Below, one piece after another: positions 53,168 to 55,859 of a DNA stretch of 55,859 nucleotides. How positions within the stretch are numbered: the first letter of the stretch is position 1; the number at the start of each line of letters is the position of its first letter. The stretch comes from Candidatus Zambryskibacteria bacterium RIFCSPLOWO2_02_FULL_39_26 (lineage in GTDB: Bacteria > Patescibacteriota > Minisyncoccia > Phycocordibacterales > DATDWN01): NCBI GenBank assembly GCA_001825395.1, contig MHWN01000005.1, positions 1 to 55,859 of the forward strand, given 5' to 3'. The notes beneath the pieces are model-generated. The model saw nothing but the letters and a program-made list of their open reading frames with translations, made no database searches and was not told the DNA's origin. A program made the translations under genes and the position numbers.

Positions 53168-53791
53168 ATGGGTATTCCACCACTAACCAAGTCTGAGATT
53201 GAAGAAATTAAAAAATTAAGAGAAACTGGACATTCACTTCCAGAAATAAAGAGAATTTTAAATAGAGGATACGGAACCATTTTTCGCTATATTAAAGATG
53301 TTCCAATACTTCCTGAATATCATGAGATTTGGAAAATAAAAAGAGGTGGAAGCAAGGCTAGATCTGCAAAACTATGGTCGGAGGCAAAAGTGAGAGCAAG
53401 TGAATTAATTGGCCCCATAGGTTTTAAGGAAAGATTACTTATACTATCTTCTTTATATTGGGGAGAAGGAAATAAAGCTGAATTGAATTTGATAAACAGC
53501 GATCCTAATCTGGTAAGAGTAATTGTTATGTGCCTAAAAGATCTGGGAATACAGCAAAACGAATTAAAGATAAGTTTGAGGCTGTTTGAAGATATTGATA
53601 TAAAAAAAGCCATATCTTTCTGGTCGAAAACACTTTATCTTCCAAGAGGATTTATTACAAAAATAGATATTAAAAAGGGCAAAAAAGTTGGTAAGTTAAG
53701 ATATGGGATGTGCAGAGTCAGAGTGAAAAAAGCTGGCAAGAATTTTAAATTGATTATGAGTATGATAGATTTAATTAAGTCAGGGATATAA
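53168..53791 (+). CDS. HTH-domain protein, possible LAGLIDADG-like endonuclease relative
   Basis: N-terminal LRETGHSLPEIKRIL HTH. SLYWGEGNKAELNLINSDPNLVRVIVMCLKDLGI loosely resembles a LAGLIDADG core. The stop lies 3 nt before tRNA-Arg. Confidence 0.3.
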   Translation: MGIPPLTKSEIEEIKKLRETGHSLPEIKRILNRGYGTIFRYIKDVPILPEYHEIWKIKRGGSKARSAKLWSEAKVRASELIGPIGFKERLLILSSLYWGEGNKAELNLINSDPNLVRVIVMCLKDLGIQQNELKISLRLFEDIDIKKAISFWSKTLYLPRGFITKIDIKKGKKVGKLRYGMCRVRVKKAGKNFKLIMSMIDLIKSGI

Positions 53792-53793
53792 AC

Positions 53794-53868
53794 GCTGCCG
53801 TAGTTCAATGGATAGAACAAGAAGTTCCTAATTTCTAAATGTAGGTCCGATTCCTACCGGTGGCACCA
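53794..53868 (+). tRNA. tRNA-Arg (anticodon CCT)
   Basis: Manual cloverleaf: acceptor GCTGCCG/CGGTGGC (two G-U pairs), D arm GTTC-AATGGATA-GAAC, anticodon arm AGAAG-TTCCTAA-TTTCT (CCT at 53827-53829), 4-nt variable loop, T arm GTAGG-TCCGATT-CCTAC, A73, encoded CCA. Confidence 0.85.
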
Positions 53869-54064
53869 AAATCTGACTTTCAGAAAATTGACCGACTTTT
53901 TCGTTGGCGGCGCACAGCGCCGCCCAAGCGTTTCCCCCCGACAAATCCTCTCCGTACAATAAATCCACAAAATTTGGCTTTTTTAGGAATATGGTATAAT
54001 CGCAGGAACGTTGATCTATAACAGTCGAATAGGTCAAATTATTCATTATATTTAATATAATATT

Positions 54065-54313
54065 ATGGGAAAAGAAATAGGCAAAATAACTCATTGGTAC
54101 GACAAAATAAATGTTGCCGTTATAAAATTAACCGGTGGAATAAAAAAGGGAGATAAAATAAAAATAAAGAAGGGAACGGAAGAAACCGAAGCCACCGTTG
54201 AGTCCCTCCAGATTGACCGAGTGGATGTTGAAAAAGGCAAGAAAAATGACGAGGTTGCCATAAAACTTTCACAAAAAGCAAAAGAGGGATCAACAGTGTA
54301 TAAAGTTGAATAG
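54065..54313 (+). CDS. translation elongation factor-like small beta-barrel protein
   Basis: 82 aa. IGKITHWYDKINVAVIKLTGGIKKGDKIKIKK... resembles EF-Tu domain 2-like stand-alone proteins. TATAAT lies 4 nt upstream of the ATG and there is no SD. Confidence 0.5.
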   Translation: MGKEIGKITHWYDKINVAVIKLTGGIKKGDKIKIKKGTEETEATVESLQIDRVDVEKGKKNDEVAIKLSQKAKEGSTVYKVE

Positions 54314-54321
54314 ATTATCTT

Positions 54322-54350
54322 TTGATTTTTTGGCTAAATTTTGCTATGAT
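54322..54350 (+). promoter_or_regulatory. sigma70-type promoter TTGATT-17-TATGAT (TGC-extended)
   Basis: -35 at 54322-54327 and -10 at 54345-54350. Drives a ~180-nt leader. Confidence 0.6.
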
Positions 54351-54536
54351 AAGCAGACCTCATTTTGAAAATAATGAGTAATATAAACTGCGAAATTTTG
54401 AGTAAGAAATAGAGAATGAGACAGGAGACGTACGCTAGTACGAGCGACTGGTGAAACTCTATTTTTTAGCGAAATTTTGGTGTTTAGATACTCAAGAAAT
54501 TCATTATTATTAATTTATTTTCAAGATGAGGTCTAT

Positions 54537-54770
54537 ATGTCACCGGAAGAAAAAGAGCTCTTGAAAAGGAGCGTGGCTTTAGCGGAAGAGAACAACGATA
54601 TGTTGCGTCGGATGCAACGCTCACTGCGCATATCGCGCTTTATAAGCATTTTATACTGGGTCTTTATTATTGGCTCTGCTGTGGGGGCATATTACCTTAT
54701 CCAGCCTTATCTGGAGTCTCTGGCGGGGGTTTATGGTAGCGCCAGTGACATCATAAATTCGTATAGGTAG
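54537..54770 (+). CDS. small single-TM membrane protein (hypothetical)
   Basis: 77 aa starting at an ATG preceded by a GAGG RBS. MSPEEKELLKRS... followed by the TM segment FISILYWVFIIGSAVGAYYLI. The ORF track extends it to 54477. Confidence 0.5.
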   Translation: MSPEEKELLKRSVALAEENNDMLRRMQRSLRISRFISILYWVFIIGSAVGAYYLIQPYLESLAGVYGSASDIINSYR

Positions 54771-54858
54771 AAAGGAAGACGTGTCAAAATGAAAAACAGC
54801 GGTTAAACCGCTGGAAGAGTGTGGAGGGAATGATAAAAGATGGTTTAATAAAAATCAT

Positions 54859-54934
54859 GCCAAGGTAACTCAGTTAGCAGAGTGCTTCCCTGAAGAGGAA
54901 GAAGTCGCCAGTGCAACTCTGGCCCTTGGCACCA
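54859..54934 (+). tRNA. tRNA-Phe (anticodon GAA)
   Basis: Manual cloverleaf: acceptor GCCAAGG/CCTTGGC, D arm ACTC-AGTTAGCA-GAGT, anticodon arm CTTCC-CTGAAGA-GGAAG (GAA at 54892-54894), variable AAGTC, T arm GCCAG-TGCAACT-CTGGC, A73, encoded CCA. Confidence 0.85.
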
Positions 54935-54935
54935 T

Positions 54936-54970
54936 AAAAACAAAACCGCTCGATGAGCGGTTTTGTTTTT
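54936..54970. terminator. bidirectional intrinsic terminator
   Basis: AAAAACAAAACCGCTC-GAT-GAGCGGTTTTGTTTTT is symmetric, with an A-tract and a T-tract. Confidence 0.85.
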
Positions 54971-55036
54971 ATGGTGTGTCTTTACGACTTCGCTAGAACC
55001 TATTTTATCAAAAATTCGTAATTGAATCCAATGTCG

Positions 55037-55199
55037 CACGCGCGGAGCGCGTGGTGGCTCTAAATTGAATTGTACGCTCCACGACGAACTCCGTCACGGC
55101 ACAGCATCCGCTCCACCAGACTGTCGGATACGACAGCCTGCTTCCGCTTCTGCTGTTCCGTGTCCGCCCTCGCTTCGCCACCACGCATTCTGTTTTGTT
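55037..55199 (+). ncRNA. candidate structured RNA module 1 (rod-like, family unassigned, strand uncertain)
   Basis: About 62% GC in a hand-counted line and no credible ORF. 10-bp long-range stem GCGTGGTGGC (55049-58) / GCCACCACGC (55177-86). Inner stems ACAGCA/TGCTGT and CAG-CTGTCG-GATA-CGACAG-CTG. U-rich tail at 55187-55200. Confidence 0.4.
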
Positions 55200-55238
55200 T
55201 GGCGGGGATTTTCTCTTTTTTTATTTTGTATGGTGGTG

Positions 55239-55421
55239 GCGGGCGAGGTCGGGTTTCTCCAAAGGAGAAACTGACGGAATTCTAAGTAGCCATTCGATGG
55301 ACTCGGTTTTGCCAAAACTATTTTTCTGGGGATTTTGATTTGGCAAAACCGAGACTGCATTTCCCGCCCGCAGAAAGGGGTCTGGGGAATGAATGCGGGC
55401 GGGGGTTTCTGTCTTGTTTTT
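55239..55421 (+). ncRNA. candidate structured RNA module 2 (multi-branched, ends in a terminator, family unassigned)
   Basis: Hairpins GTTTCTCC-AAA-GGAGAAAC (55253-71), CCAT-TCG-ATGG, and a 15-bp CTCGGTTTTGCCAAA/TTTGGCAAAACCGAG stem (55302-16/55339-53). Terminator CCCGCCCGCA/TGCGGGCGGG (55363-72/55394-403) followed by GGTTTCTGTCTTGTTTTT. Confidence 0.45.
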
Positions 55422-55482
55422 AGCGAGGTTACTAGAAAAAACCTTTTTGAGATTGAAAAATTACATAAAAAGAACTCGGGTA

Positions 55483-55859
55483 TTAAGAAATTATGTGAAT
55501 AAATTTTATATCTTTTGGATCAATAAGATTTTCAGGCAGAGCATTTATTTTATGCCATTTCCACTCTTTAAATTTTTCCGGCTCCATTAAGCAAGGTTCC
55601 TCAAAAATTTCACATTCTATAAAGTAAACTTTATCTCCAACTTTTACACCATCTTTCTGCCCAACCATTCTTATAAAATTTAATTTACTTACACCTATTT
55701 CTTCCGCTATTTCTCGCTTCAAAGTTTCAATCATTGTTTCATTAGGCTGACCACGCCCACCAGGATATGTCCACACGGGATTTCCCTTTTTGTATTCACG
55801 AAGTCCCATGAGAATCTTGTCATCTTTTTTAATCAAAGCGAAAAAACACAATTGGTCTG
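55483..55859 (-). CDS. Nudix hydrolase (MutT-like), possibly truncated by the window edge
   Basis: Canonical Nudix box GGRGQPNETMIETLKREIAEEIGV. The reading frame is still open at 55859. The only in-window start is TTG at 55851. Confidence 0.8.
   Translation of the reverse strand, partial: DQLCFFALIKKDDKILMGLREYKKGNPVWTYPGGRGQPNETMIETLKREIAEEIGVSKLNFIRMVGQKDGVKVGDKVYFIECEIFEEPCLMEPEKFKEWKWHKINALPENLIDPKDIKFIHIIS

Noticed and set aside
53828-54094. 88-aa minus-strand ORF
   Set aside because: It overlaps tRNA-Arg, a GC hairpin (GGCGGCGC-ACA-GCGCCGCC, 53906-53924) and the promoter and start of the EF-like gene. It has no RBS and no recognisable motif.
54421-54465. ZTP or cobalamin riboswitch, based on a GACTGGTGAAA-like string
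   Set aside because: The partner elements are absent: the CCGCCTGGGC pseudoknot strand for ZTP, and the B12 box GCCACTG plus the multi-helix junction for cobalamin. The resemblance is limited to one short motif.
54806-54823. Hairpin CAGCGG-TTAAA-CCGCTG as a terminator of the small membrane-protein gene
   Set aside because: On the + strand no T-tract follows. The T-tract (TTTTTCATTTT) is on the minus strand, where there is no obvious upstream gene. The function is unclear, so it is not called as a feature.
55065-55360. Overlapping ORFs of 69, 71 and 88 aa in the GC-rich region after tRNA-Phe
   Set aside because: They overlap one another in different frames and on both strands, have no RBS, and are Arg/Pro/Ala/Ser-rich in a way typical of translated GC-rich structured RNA. 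The region is better explained as non-coding.
55037-55421. Assignment of the GC-rich region to tmRNA, RNase P RNA, SRP RNA or 6S RNA
   Set aside because: I looked on both strands. There is no GAGGAAAGUCC (RNase P CR-I). AGAAACCC-like strings exist, but in the wrong positions and orientation for P4. A CGCUCCACCA string (55109-18) has no preceding T-arm, no matching GGGG 5' strand and no ...AA-stop tag ORF. A GGAA tetraloop candidate does not have the SRP symmetric-loop context. The rod is too short and asymmetric for 6S. The region stays unassigned rather than being forced into a family.

Overview
The window is AT-rich (about 30-37% GC in hand-counted coding lines) and uses the standard genetic code. 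Gene content resembles a small-genome Patescibacteria/CPR-like organism; this is an inference. From 3.8 to 45.3 kb there is one ~41-kb cell-surface glycan locus. It holds at least 12 GT2/GT4 glycosyltransferases, three or four GT-C-type membrane transferases with GtrA and two polyprenol-P-sugar synthases, and four paralogous SAM methyltransferases. It also encodes a GDP-colitose pathway: gmd, an fcl/colC-like reductase, colD with the diagnostic His-His, and a frameshifted gmm-like Nudix gene. A second deoxysugar pathway is present: a 4,6-dehydratase, an E1/RfbH-like dehydrase, a cupin, an RmlD-like reductase and a TylC3-like C-methyltransferase. A Wzx flippase, an O-antigen-ligase-TPR protein, a deacetylase and a compositionally foreign (~50% GC) B12-binding radical SAM gene complete the locus. 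Outside and within it are a RAYT/IS200-like transposase bracketed by REP-like hairpins, an orphan T4CP-like ATPase, secA, a PaaX/Cas2-fold gene flanked by long palindromes, a GC-rich orphan cassette, and a DsbB/thioredoxin pair. There are two tRNAs (Arg-CCT, Phe-GAA) with atypical T-loops. A ~390-nt GC-rich, ORF-free, highly structured region follows tRNA-Phe, and I could not assign it to any known RNA family. No CRISPR array or rRNA was seen.
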